Part shown: piece by piece, positions 36,986 to 46,523 of the stretch
Layout: each line of letters starts with the position of its first letter
How positions within the stretch are numbered: position 1 is the stretch's first letter
Source: Candidatus Marinacidobacterales bacterium
Lineage (GTDB): Bacteria; Acidobacteriota; Vicinamibacteria; Marinacidobacterales; DATDRI01
Direction of reading: 5' to 3'
Assembly (NCBI GenBank): GCA_965226495.1
Contig: OZ245365.1
Location: 672,001 to 736,000 of the forward strand
DNA: 64,000 nt
Translations under genes and position numbers: made by a program
Notes under the pieces: model-generated
Database searches by the model: none
What the model was told of the DNA's origin: nothing
What the model saw: the letters and a program-made list of their open reading frames with translations, nothing else

Positions 36986-38724
36986 GACGGGTCCTCTACG
37001 CTGCTTTCCTGCAACAGTTCATAGACGACGTCCTCACCGAAACGAGCTCGAATGGGCATACGATCGCGATAACGATTCATATCATGCTTCAACTTCTCCC
37101 TTCTGCGCTCGGGGAGCTTATCGTAATGGATGACGATCAACCGAACCGGGACATCTCGCTGGATGAAGCGAAGGATTCCCGAGGTGGGGAAGTATCGCAT
37201 GCGGTCCACCAGAACCCAATAGTCATTGGGCCACCAACCGCTGAAACCGTTGGCGAGCCGTTTCCAGTGAATGGTGGAGTAGTACATGTACATGGACTCG
37301 CGCGTGATGTCTTCGCCCTCGTGAATGGGAAGCTCTAGCACGCCGAAATCCCCCGACTGTGTGGCGAGCCATTGGTACACCGGCGGGATCGATGGCGCCG
37401 GAGGTAGGAACCGGGCAAGGGAATAGCTCTGGTACTCGAAGACCAGCAGGAGGACAAAGGCGGCCCCTAGTCCATGCTGCCAACCGCTCTTCCATCGGCT
37501 CGTCTTCGCCAGCAACCACGCAGCTCCCCAGCCGGCCAAAACGGCAAGCCCTAGCAGGAACAACACCGTGATACGGGCCGGTACCCTCAGACCCTGAAAG
37601 CCGGGGACGCTCCGGTAGAGGACACGGTAGGGGAGAAAGATGGTAGTTTCTCCGATCTCGAGACGAGGACCGAGTGACAGAACGAATCCCGAGATCATGA
37701 GGATCAGGAAAAAGGCCCGCATTACGCGGTGCAACCGTTCCTCGTCGCCTTGTTCTGCGGTCTTCCTACGGCGACTTCCGAAGTAGCCCACGCCTCCCAA
37801 GACGATGGCAAGTATTCCCGGAAAGAGAGCTTTCTCGGAGCGAAGTTGACGAGGAAGATAGTCGACGTAGAAGACCTTGTTCGCGGCGCTGGGTCGGAGG
37901 TAGTCCATCGGCTCGGCGGAGAATTGCAAGACGTCTTCGTAGCGTCGGTAATAACCCTGCTCCACACGATTCCTCTCGTAGGGGAGGAAGAAGGGGAGCG
38001 CGGCGAGAGCAACCCCTGCCACTCCGACACCCATTAGCACCAGCTTCCGACGATCGAAGAGTGGGCGGGTGCTCTTCAGCATGATGAGCAACACCATCCC
38101 AAATAAAGCGAGCGCGAGAGCGAGGTACATCGCGTAGTAGTTGCAGGAGAGGATCTGGAGGATGGCAAAAATGGCTGCGAGAACTATTTGACGCGGCCGG
38201 CCGTCGCGCAGGAAACGGAAAAGGTACAGGAAGACGAAAGGAAACCACTGGTAGCTCAGAAGCTGCACGTGGAAGAGTTGGAGAAAACGGAAGGGAACGG
38301 CTGCGTAGATCACGCCGGACGCGATGGCCGCCCATCGGTTTCCTGTTAACTCATGGACGAGGAGGTACATGCCGATTCCGGAAAGAAAAAACGAGACAAA
38401 GATGGCGAAGTTATAGGTGAAGATGATGTTGCCGCTCACGAGGTAGGCCGGTGCGGCGATGAGCGCCACGCCGAAGAGATGCTCCGAGTACGCGAGCGTG
38501 TCGTGGCGAGGGAAGAAGATGTTCGCGTCGAAGTACGATAACGGGTCGCTCGGCAGGATGTGATAGTTCCAGGCGAGCGCCCACAGATTCAGGAGGGAGT
38601 CCGGGTTCGGGCTGATGCCGTCTCCCATGCGAACCGCGAGTGGCCAGGTCAGGTAGACGGTCAGAACTATGAAGAAAGCTACGATCGCAGACGGCAGCAG
38701 AAATCGGGAGATGCTCGCTTTCAT
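36982..38724 (-). CDS. Polytopic membrane protein, putative GT-C (YfhO-related) glycosyltransferase
   Basis: TWPL..D..LNLWALAW..FDANIFFP..TLAYSEHL, LSLGP, PGFQGLRVPAR, periplasmic tail VYQWL..NGFSGWWP. ATG 38724. Confidence 0.75.
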   Translation of the reverse strand: MKASISRFLLPSAIVAFFIVLTVYLTWPLAVRMGDGISPNPDSLLNLWALAWNYHILPSDPLSYFDANIFFPRHDTLAYSEHLFGVALIAAPAYLVSGNIIFTYNFAIFVSFFLSGIGMYLLVHELTGNRWAAIASGVIYAAVPFRFLQLFHVQLLSYQWFPFVFLYLFRFLRDGRPRQIVLAAIFAILQILSCNYYAMYLALALALFGMVLLIMLKSTRPLFDRRKLVLMGVGVAGVALAALPFFLPYERNRVEQGYYRRYEDVLQFSAEPMDYLRPSAANKVFYVDYLPRQLRSEKALFPGILAIVLGGVGYFGSRRRKTAEQGDEERLHRVMRAFFLILMISGFVLSLGPRLEIGETTIFLPYRVLYRSVPGFQGLRVPARITVLFLLGLAVLAGWGAAWLLAKTSRWKSGWQHGLGAAFVLLLVFEYQSYSLARFLPPAPSIPPVYQWLATQSGDFGVLELPIHEGEDITRESMYMYYSTIHWKRLANGFSGWWPNDYWVLVDRMRYFPTSGILRFIQRDVPVRLIVIHYDKLPERRREKLKHDMNRYRDRMPIRARFGEDVVYELLQESSVEDPS

Positions 38725-40445
38725 TTCAGTTGCACTTGCAATTCGTGAGCGGCCCAATCCGTCACGAGCTCGACGTATCGATCCTCGCCGATCGTTTCCA
38801 TGGAGAAACTACGTGCTTCCTCGTCGACCAACAGCGTGCTTACCTTCTTGCCTCTTGGTAACAAAACGCTCAAATCCCCTTCGCCTGCGAGGTTGGACTC
38901 ATAGAACAAACGGATCTGCTGTTTCTCCTCATCGTAGCGGTAGCGATAGCGGATGAACGTCTCGGTGGCGGGCTGGTTCAACTGGATTTGCGCCGGCTGA
39001 TCTCCCAAGCGTACCTTGAGCTCCAGCTCGCCTCCGTGGAGGTAGACTCCGAACAACCCTCGGAAGGATGCGGCACCCAAGGCGCCGGCACTTCCCGCGT
39101 AGTTTCGACTACCCCGACCCTGGCCGTTTTTGGTCTGCCACTCGTACAGGCCGCCCGCGGAAGTCACCTTGCGAGCGATTTCCGAGAGATGCCGTCGCGC
39201 TCGCTCCGAGAAACCATTCTCGAACTCCGCGAGGACGAACCTCCCGCCGAACCAATCCCACTGTCCCCCATTCTGGTAGGCGTAGGGCTCCTTCAGCATC
39301 GGATGCGCAAAGAAACCCAGCGGGAAAGCGGGCAGAAGCGACCCCGAGATGGTGGACATGCCTACTTGGGACCTGCGCTCCGCGGCTCGTTCAAAAATGC
39401 TCTTGGCCTGATTCTGATCGGCGACCCCATGAAGAACCGCCAGCGCATTACCACCCATGGCGAAGATGTCCGTGTCGTCTTGCCAGCCGCCGGTTAGAGC
39501 CGGGGTGAGGACGGTGTGCATGCGATAAAAGCCCCTGTCTTCCTGCCACAGATGCCGGTTGATGCTCTCCTTGGTCTGTTCTGCGGTGCGACTCCAAAAC
39601 TCCGCTTGGGAGTCTTCCTCGAGAAGTGCGTACAGTTCGGACAGCTTCGATGCTGCGAAGTAGAACAGGCTGTTCGTATAAAGCCCAATCACTCGTGGAG
39701 TCTCATCGTCTAGATAGATGGCCTTCGGGTCGGGATGGATAGGACTGACGTCTCCCCAGTCGGCGCTGAACCCGCTAACGATCAACCCCGATTCCTGGTC
39801 GCGGCGATCGCTCAGTAGGTATCGAAGTCCTGCGTCGAGACGTTCGATCAAGGCTCGACCTTCAATTTCCTTCCTCAGCCAGTCTTCGTCCCCTGTGACG
39901 CTGTAGATTCGAGCCGCGGCGACCACGGCGCTGCTCTCTTGGTCGGCCTCGACGGTATTCTTGTCGGCCGACAAGACGTCGTCCCCTGATCCATAGATCT
40001 CCTTGGTTTTCGGGGCGTAAGGGATGAAGTGAGACGCCGGGCCGGCCGCGATCCAACCGAATAAGCGACCGTTGCGATCTTGGTGCGCTAAGTGTTCCTC
40101 GAGCCAAGTGGTGAGGTACGCGATCGGGAAGTAGAATCGGGAAACCGGGAGCAGAGTGGCGCTGTCTCTCAACCAGATCTGAGGGTAAACATCACCGGCT
40201 CCGAAGCCCTTGACCGGTCCCAACCGCCCCGCAAAACCTTTTCGGTTGGCCTCGAGCGTCGATTGAAACATGGTCTGCATGCGATAGAGGTACTGGTTTT
40301 CGATGCGGAACCCGCTCGTGGCGTCCGGTGCAGAAAAAGGCCTGTCGACCGTCGAGACGGATGGAGATAGTGACGTCACCCAGAGCGCGCCGGCAATACA
40401 GACGCCGATCGCCGCCAAACGTCCCAAGACTATCTTTCTCGACAA
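38721..40445 (-). CDS. Membrane-anchored (alpha/alpha)6-barrel glycoside hydrolase-like protein
   Basis: YPQIWLRDS, DWGD, LYTNSL..A..L, INRHLW..GFY, GNALAVL, YQNGGQWDW, GLYEW are typical of six-hairpin glycosidases. N-terminal TM. Confidence 0.7.
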   Translation of the reverse strand: MSRKIVLGRLAAIGVCIAGALWVTSLSPSVSTVDRPFSAPDATSGFRIENQYLYRMQTMFQSTLEANRKGFAGRLGPVKGFGAGDVYPQIWLRDSATLLPVSRFYFPIAYLTTWLEEHLAHQDRNGRLFGWIAAGPASHFIPYAPKTKEIYGSGDDVLSADKNTVEADQESSAVVAAARIYSVTGDEDWLRKEIEGRALIERLDAGLRYLLSDRRDQESGLIVSGFSADWGDVSPIHPDPKAIYLDDETPRVIGLYTNSLFYFAASKLSELYALLEEDSQAEFWSRTAEQTKESINRHLWQEDRGFYRMHTVLTPALTGGWQDDTDIFAMGGNALAVLHGVADQNQAKSIFERAAERRSQVGMSTISGSLLPAFPLGFFAHPMLKEPYAYQNGGQWDWFGGRFVLAEFENGFSERARRHLSEIARKVTSAGGLYEWQTKNGQGRGSRNYAGSAGALGAASFRGLFGVYLHGGELELKVRLGDQPAQIQLNQPATETFIRYRYRYDEEKQQIRLFYESNLAGEGDLSVLLPRGKKVSTLLVDEEARSFSMETIGEDRYVELVTDWAAHELQVQLK

Positions 40446-40459
40446 ATCGATCCTATGTT

Positions 40460-41611
40460 TTACGGCACCGCTTCGCCCTGTGGACTGAGCTCGCGTCGGG
40501 TGGTCGAGATTTCCGGAATCGTCGCCAGCGCCTCGTGGAGCAGACCGGCAATGTACTGGTTTCCCTCGACCGAGTAGTGCCCGCCGGCGAACTCATGGAC
40601 GCCCGATCCTTTTTGAATGAACAGTTCGGCTAGCTTTCGGGGTGGCAGACTCTGGATCCCCGCGATCAGATCCAAGAAGACAATCTCCCTCTCCGCCAGC
40701 TCTCGTTCAAGAAATCGTCTGAGGGGATGCGATGGGTCCGGGGCGGCGTCGGCCTCGGTCGGCAACAGCACGACCACCAGAAGACTCCTCTGTGAGCGAT
40801 TGAGCTCGCTCAACTGTTCGATAACCCTTAGGAGAATCCTTCTTTGTTCCCTTGGGTTTGGCAAATCCCGTTCTGCCAACGCCGGTAGCACGCCACGCAA
40901 CAACTGCACGGTCCTCAGGTGCTCGAAGGACCGGATGTTTTGCGCGACCCAAGGCGCGTAGAACGCCGCGCGGGGGACCGGAACGTTTTCGACGACCAGC
41001 TCGCCGTCACGGAGTGTCAGGAGCGGTTTCCCATAGCCGTGGAATGAACGCTGCCGCATGCGCCAGAAGTCTGCGGTGATAAAAGTGAAGAGATGAACGC
41101 CAGGCTGAAGGGGGAGCCCGTCGCGCTCGTACCACAAGTACGCCTGATCGATCCCATAACCCCCTTGTCCCATGTTGATGGTCTGAAGACGATCATCGAG
41201 GGTGGTCAGGAGCTGGCACCACGTGTGGTCATTGTCGACCCCGTAGCCGAGGGTGAAGGAATCTCCCGAACAGATGATCCGTAGCTTTCCGTCCGGTGGT
41301 GTCACGTCGTAGTCCTGATTGGCGCGAAACCCCTGGGAGTTCGTTCTGAGGGAGAGCCCCTCGCCGTAAAGGTCTTCGATCTCGATGTTCTCTACGTTCG
41401 CCCAACCGAGAAGCTCGTCGTAGCGGGTATGCTTCCTTTCCGCCAGCGGTCCGCGCGAAGCCCGTGCGATGTCCCGCAAGAAGAGCACCGTGCTCGAGAT
41501 ACCCTCCAGAAGCACCAGCCCCAACAGGATCAAGACGAGGCCCAGCGCCAGGTTCAACGCGCGGGCGCCGAACCGGACTCGAGGTTTTTGCGTCGTTGCC
41601 GAACTTTTCAC
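40460..41611 (-). CDS. Membrane-anchored SGNH/GDSL hydrolase-fold protein (possible O-acyltransferase)
   Basis: TNSQGFR, GDSFTLGYGV (block I), NMGQGGYG (block II), GGHYSVEGN (block V). N-terminal TM. Confidence 0.85.
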   Translation of the reverse strand: MKSSATTQKPRVRFGARALNLALGLVLILLGLVLLEGISSTVLFLRDIARASRGPLAERKHTRYDELLGWANVENIEIEDLYGEGLSLRTNSQGFRANQDYDVTPPDGKLRIICSGDSFTLGYGVDNDHTWCQLLTTLDDRLQTINMGQGGYGIDQAYLWYERDGLPLQPGVHLFTFITADFWRMRQRSFHGYGKPLLTLRDGELVVENVPVPRAAFYAPWVAQNIRSFEHLRTVQLLRGVLPALAERDLPNPREQRRILLRVIEQLSELNRSQRSLLVVVLLPTEADAAPDPSHPLRRFLERELAEREIVFLDLIAGIQSLPPRKLAELFIQKGSGVHEFAGGHYSVEGNQYIAGLLHEALATIPEISTTRRELSPQGEAVP

Positions 41612-41817
41612 TCATGTACTCCAGACCACGGAAAAAGGATAATCTTCCCGCAAAGGCTGATGGTCTGCTACCAGGGTAGGGTGTCCCGCCTTGGCGAGCC
41701 AACTGGATCTTCGCCGCCGTGAACTTCGCAGTCAAACGACCTTGGAAGATGCTCTACCTTGCGTGGGCAATAGGACGGCTTGTGTTGTTCCCCGGATTGA
41801 AGTAACCAGATAGTCTC

Positions 41818-43777
41818 ATGAAACGGTTCGTCGACGCAGCGCTTGGCCTGCTTGCCCTCGATCTGATTCTCATCTTGCTGAGCGGTGGCTTCTCGGTCCT
41901 CGGCTCGGTGGGGGCTTCCGGGTTCTTGCTTCGGATAGCGGCCTCCCTCTTGCTCCTCGTCCTGAGGTATCGCCTGACAGGACTGACGGGTAGCGTGGCG
42001 AACGCTCGCTGGTATGGCTACCTGGCCATCTTGCTCGTCGCTCTGTCCCTCGTGCATCTCCGTGGCTATCGGCTGCGGGGAGACGGCATGTGGTACTACG
42101 CGTATGCACGCTCGCTGGCCTTCGATCGAGACCTCGACTTCACGAACGAGTACCGTCGCTTGGGCGTGGATCATTTTCGCGGTTCGCAGCCTGTTCGTGA
42201 GACCGGGCTTCCACGCAACACGTTTCCGATTGGCGCCGGACTCCTATGGATGCCGTTTTTCATCCTCGGACACATCGGAGCGGGACTCCGCAACGTCTAC
42301 GGCCAACCCACCGCCTATGACGGTTTTTCCGATCCCTATCTCCACGCGGTCGCTTTCGGCGGTCTGCTCATCGGATGGTTGGGACTCCTAGTTTTGGACC
42401 GCCTCTTGCGAAGGTGGTTCTCTCCCGGCGTCGCCTTCGCTGCCTCGGTCGGCACGATGCTCGGAAGTTTCATGTTCTGGTATATCGGATACCAACCGAT
42501 CTACACACATGCACCCAGCTTTCTCCTGGCGACTGTGATCATCGAGCGCTGGGTGAGTGGACCGAAAAGCACGAGGGATTTCGCCGTGCTTGGCCTACTG
42601 GTCGGCGCCGCGGCGTGCGTCAGATGGCAGAACGCCATCTTCGTTTTTCTTCCTTTGTGGTCCATCGTCGGGACCTCGCTCGAACGGCCACGCCTAGGGT
42701 TACGCAACATCGGTGTGTTAGCCGGAACCTTTCTCGTTGGCTTGGCTCCACAGCTTCTAGCTTGGAAAGTGATCTTCGGCCGGCTCTACCTGGGTGTCCC
42801 TGTGGGCGCAGACTACATGCGGTGGTCGCAGCCATTTATCACTGAAATGTTGTTCTCCTCGCGTCACGGGCTATTCTCTTGGAGCCCCGGTCTTGATCTT
42901 CGCAGCAATCGGATTCCTTTTCTTCCTTCGTCGCGAGCCGCGCGTAGGCATTCCTCTCGCGTTACTTCTCGCCGCTCTCACCTACGTCAACAGCAGCGTC
43001 GCCGACTGGTGGGCGGGGGGATCGTTCGGCGCCCGGCGTTTCGACTCCGCGATCCCCATCTTCGCCATCGGGCTAGCTACCACCACGAATGCGCTCGTCG
43101 CTATAGTCCGGCGTCGCCCCGCGATAGTCGTGGGTTGCCTTCTCTTGGGTTTCATTTTTATGAACCTGCTGCTCATGGAGCAGTACCGCAAGGGACGCGT
43201 ACCTGTCGACGACACGATTTCGTGGGAGGTGGCATCCGCCGGGATGCTAGAAGACTTCTTCGATGGCGTCGGCTATCCCTTCTCTTTTCCAGCCAACTGG
43301 GCGTTCGCGCTTCGGTACGGGCGACCCAAGACGCAGTACGATATTTTGATCGGAAAGTATCTGTTTCATTGGCACAACAACCTCGCTGGGGTCATCGATT
43401 TTGGAGAGAAGGACCCGCCGTTTCTGGGCAACGGTTGGAGCTCATTGACCGATTGGGAAGGAAGACCGCGCGGTGTGCGCCTCGCGATCTCCGCCCCAGC
43501 AGGAGTCTTCGTACCCACCGACCGCGCCGAGACGCTACGCATTTTTGTGGAGTGTGCGACGCCTGCTGGCTCGGACCCGCAGTGGATCGAGGTTTGGTTG
43601 AACGGTGACCGGCTAGGAGGATTCCGCCCTGGGAACGAGATGAAAGAGCACGAGCTGCTCGTGCCAGAGCGTTGGTGGCGGCGACTCAATTTGCTGGAGT
43701 TCCGACCCGGGGAGGAGGTTTCCAGCGCGCCGTTCCTCGCGGTGGACCGCATTCGGTTCGAACGCGGCGCGAACTAG
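41818..43777 (+). CDS. GT-C membrane glycosyltransferase, split by an extra C in CCCC at 42885-42888
   Basis: GDGMWYYAYARSLAFDRDLDFTNE, LFSSRHGLFSWSP joins VLIFAAIG..DWWAGGSFGARRF in ORF 42794..43777. C-terminal beta-sandwich. Confidence 0.8.
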
Positions 43778-44946
43778 ACTTGAACGGGTTCGAAGACGGC
43801 CTCTTTGGGTCTCGGTGCGCGAGCGTCGGTGAGCTCGACTTTACAACATCGCCGGCAAACCGGGAAGATCCCGTGCTCCAGAAGCTTCTTCCTTAGTCCG
43901 ACGAATTTCGGGCCGTTCCAAATCTCTTCCAGGCTTTGTTTCCTCACATCACCCATCTCGACCCGGATGAACGGGCAGAAGTGGACCTTGCCGTCGTAGG
44001 TGATGCGCCCTCCGAAGTACGGATAAAAGCATTGGCCTTTGAGTGGCTCGTCCGGCGTGTAGTACTTCTCCAAGTGCTCGTAGGATTGCGCAGGCCTCCA
44101 GTTGATCGTAATGCCCTTGCTCTCGGCGTAGTCGACGGCTTTCCTCAGGACCGGCGCCACGTCTCGGGGATCGATTCCGGGATCGTCGGTCACGTACGTG
44201 GTGATGAGGGAAGGATCGGTCTCGCCAATGATCTGAAGCGTCTGCTCGACTTCCTTGTGCGTTGCGAACATGAGCTGATTCAGACCGATGAGCTCCACTT
44301 CGAGCTCCGATGCCGCGTCCACGATCTCCGAGAGCAAGTGTAGATTGCCGGAGGTGAGCGTTGTGTTGATAGAAAGCGGCAAGCTGAGCCCGCGCGCCGC
44401 GAAGACCTTGCGAAGGAGACGGATGTTGCTCGAAGATTTATCGAACGCTCCCTTCTGTCCGCGAATCTCGTCGTGGAAACGCTTCGGCCCATCGATGGAC
44501 ACGCTGATGTGACGCAAGAATCCCGTGGCCGCTAGTTCCGCTAGAGCATTGGCCTTGTCCTCCCCGATCACCGTTCCGTTGGTCGTGATGTACTTGCAAT
44601 GCATGCCATTGTTTTGGAGGCGATGGAACACGTCAATCAGATTCTTGCGAACGAAAGGCTCTCCACCGGTGATGTTGACGGATTTCACGCCCCCCTTAAC
44701 GAAGATCTGGTCGAGCTCCTCGAGACTGAGCTCCTTGGAACGCCAGTCCTCCGGGTTCAGGATATCGGCGACATAGCAGAAGCTGCAGTGCAGGTTGCAG
44801 AGCAGGGTGGGTTCATAGACCACGAAATGCGGGACGCTCGGGGCGACCCCATCACCCCGCTTTGTGAACTGCTGGGTGTGGAGCCGACGAACGGTGCCCG
44901 ATACGCGATTCTTGAGCTTCTTGAGGTTTTGTCTGAGCAAAAGCAC
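43774..44946 (-). CDS. Radical SAM protein with a SPASM/Twitch C-terminal domain
   Basis: CNLHCSFC, TGGEPF, TTNG, VSIDG..HDEIRG. C-terminal C..P..ITYDGKVHFCP..MGDVRKQSLEEIWNG..CRRCC. Confidence 0.92.
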   Translation of the reverse strand: MLLLRQNLKKLKNRVSGTVRRLHTQQFTKRGDGVAPSVPHFVVYEPTLLCNLHCSFCYVADILNPEDWRSKELSLEELDQIFVKGGVKSVNITGGEPFVRKNLIDVFHRLQNNGMHCKYITTNGTVIGEDKANALAELAATGFLRHISVSIDGPKRFHDEIRGQKGAFDKSSSNIRLLRKVFAARGLSLPLSINTTLTSGNLHLLSEIVDAASELEVELIGLNQLMFATHKEVEQTLQIIGETDPSLITTYVTDDPGIDPRDVAPVLRKAVDYAESKGITINWRPAQSYEHLEKYYTPDEPLKGQCFYPYFGGRITYDGKVHFCPFIRVEMGDVRKQSLEEIWNGPKFVGLRKKLLEHGIFPVCRRCCKVELTDARAPRPKEAVFEPVQV

Positions 44947-45115
44947 TCCTTGACACTGCCAGGTCGACTGAAATTATAGCCCAAAGGGCTTTGAGTCGCC
45001 AAGGATAGACCGGCCAAGCTCGCACTCGTCGAGCTTTCATTCGACCGGGGCGAATATGCTAACCTGAGGGGGTTCTAGTGCAAGTCTCGTCGAGAAGAAC
45101 AAAACCCGGAGGTGA

Positions 45116-45574
45116 ATGATGATCGAGGGCGCGCGGACCAAGAGCCTCAAGCTGGTTCCAGATGAGCGGGGGTGGCTCATGGAGATGCTGCGCAGTGACG
45201 ACCAGCTGTTCACCAAGTTCGGACAGATCTACGCCACCGCGACCTATCCGGGCGTGGTCAAGGGTTGGCATTTCCATCGGGAGCAGGTGGATAATTTCAC
45301 GTGTGTCGCCGGAATGGTAAAGCTCGTATTGTTCGACCCCCGAGAGGAATCTCCAACCCGCAACGAGGTCAATGAGTTTTTCATTGGCAGTCGGAATCCT
45401 TTGCTGGTCCAAGTGCCGGCGGGGGTCTATCACGGTTGGAAATGCATCTCCCCGGAAACCGCCGTGGTCATCAATTGCCCGACCGAGCTATACAATTACG
45501 AAAAACCTGACGAAGTGCGCCTGGATGCCCACACCGACGAAATCCCCTACGATTGGACGAGGAAGGATCGCTAG
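45116..45574 (+). CDS. rmlC: dTDP-4-dehydrorhamnose 3,5-epimerase family protein
   Basis: DERGWLMEM, PGVVKGWHFH, VPAGVYHGW, IPYDW. Confidence 0.85.
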   Translation: MMIEGARTKSLKLVPDERGWLMEMLRSDDQLFTKFGQIYATATYPGVVKGWHFHREQVDNFTCVAGMVKLVLFDPREESPTRNEVNEFFIGSRNPLLVQVPAGVYHGWKCISPETAVVINCPTELYNYEKPDEVRLDAHTDEIPYDWTRKDR

Positions 45575-45599
45575 GCACTAGGCACCGCCAACGGATCCG

Positions 45600-46523
45600 A
45601 TGAAGGTTTTGGTGACGGGTGCCGGCGGCTTGCTAGGCAGGGCCTCGGTGAGCCTCGCCTCCCAAGAACATGATTGTATCGGCTTGCCTCGGAAGGAACT
45701 CGATGTGACGGACCGGTCCTCGGTTCGGGAAGTTATCCATCGCTTTGAACCGGATGCGGTCATTCACTGCGCTGCCTATACCGACGTGGATGAGTCGGAG
45801 CGGAATCCGGATCAGGCCTTCGCCGTCAATGTGCAAGGCACCGAGTGGGTCGCGCGCGCGGCGCGGGAAGCCGACGCACAGATGGTCTACGTCAGTACGG
45901 ATTACGTCTTCGATGGTGAAAAGAAGACACCCTATACCGAAGGAGAAGCCGTGAACCCGCTATCCCAGTACGGCCGTTCTAAACTCGAAGGGGAGGCCAA
46001 AGTGCGGGAGGTCTGCGCCGATAATCACACCATTGTGCGAAGCGCGTGGCTTTACGGTCCAGGCAAGGGTTTCGTTGACTGGATGCTGGGGCGGCTCGAG
46101 ACGCCTGATGCGCCTGATGGGGCTGATGTGCCTGATGCGTCTGACGCTAGCAAAACGCTGCGTGTAGTCGACGATCACATCGGCAGCCCAACATGGATCT
46201 CAGATCTTGCCAAGGCGATCCTGCTGCTAGCGGAGGAACGATTGACCGGCACCTTCCACTACGTGAACAAGGGCGAGACCCATTGGCTAGGAGCGGCTTG
46301 GGTGATCGCGGATTACCTCGGCGTGGAGCGGTCACGGCTTTCAGGCACGGCGATGGCCGAGCTGAGTCGGCCAGCCCCGAGGCCGCACTATTCCGCCCTC
46401 GACGTTGACAAGTTCGAAAAAGCAACGGGCAGTCGCGTTTCCCGGTGGGATGAAGCTCTCAAAAATTATCTAGTCACCGCCCGCCCGCGAAAATTGAAGT
46501 TGAACTCCGAGCGTTTGTCCTAA
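45600..46523 (+). CDS. rmlD: dTDP-4-dehydrorhamnose reductase
   Basis: TGAGGLLG, CAAYTDVD, STDYVFDG, YGRSKLEGE, PAPRP. Confidence 0.93.
   Translation: MKVLVTGAGGLLGRASVSLASQEHDCIGLPRKELDVTDRSSVREVIHRFEPDAVIHCAAYTDVDESERNPDQAFAVNVQGTEWVARAAREADAQMVYVSTDYVFDGEKKTPYTEGEAVNPLSQYGRSKLEGEAKVREVCADNHTIVRSAWLYGPGKGFVDWMLGRLETPDAPDGADVPDASDASKTLRVVDDHIGSPTWISDLAKAILLLAEERLTGTFHYVNKGETHWLGAAWVIADYLGVERSRLSGTAMAELSRPAPRPHYSALDVDKFEKATGSRVSRWDEALKNYLVTARPRKLKLNSERLS
46104..46148 (+). repeat. Degenerate in-frame 9-nt tandem repeat x5 inside rmlD (PDA-PDG-ADV-PDA-SDA)
   Basis: cctgatgcg cctgatggg gctgatgtg cctgatgcg tctgacgct. Confidence 0.8.

Noticed and set aside
43774-44946. Radical SAM as an anaerobic sulfatase maturase (anSME)
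   Set aside because: It lacks the full Cys-rich two-cluster SPASM pattern, and the nearby sulfatase-fold proteins have no (C/S)xPxR substrate motif.
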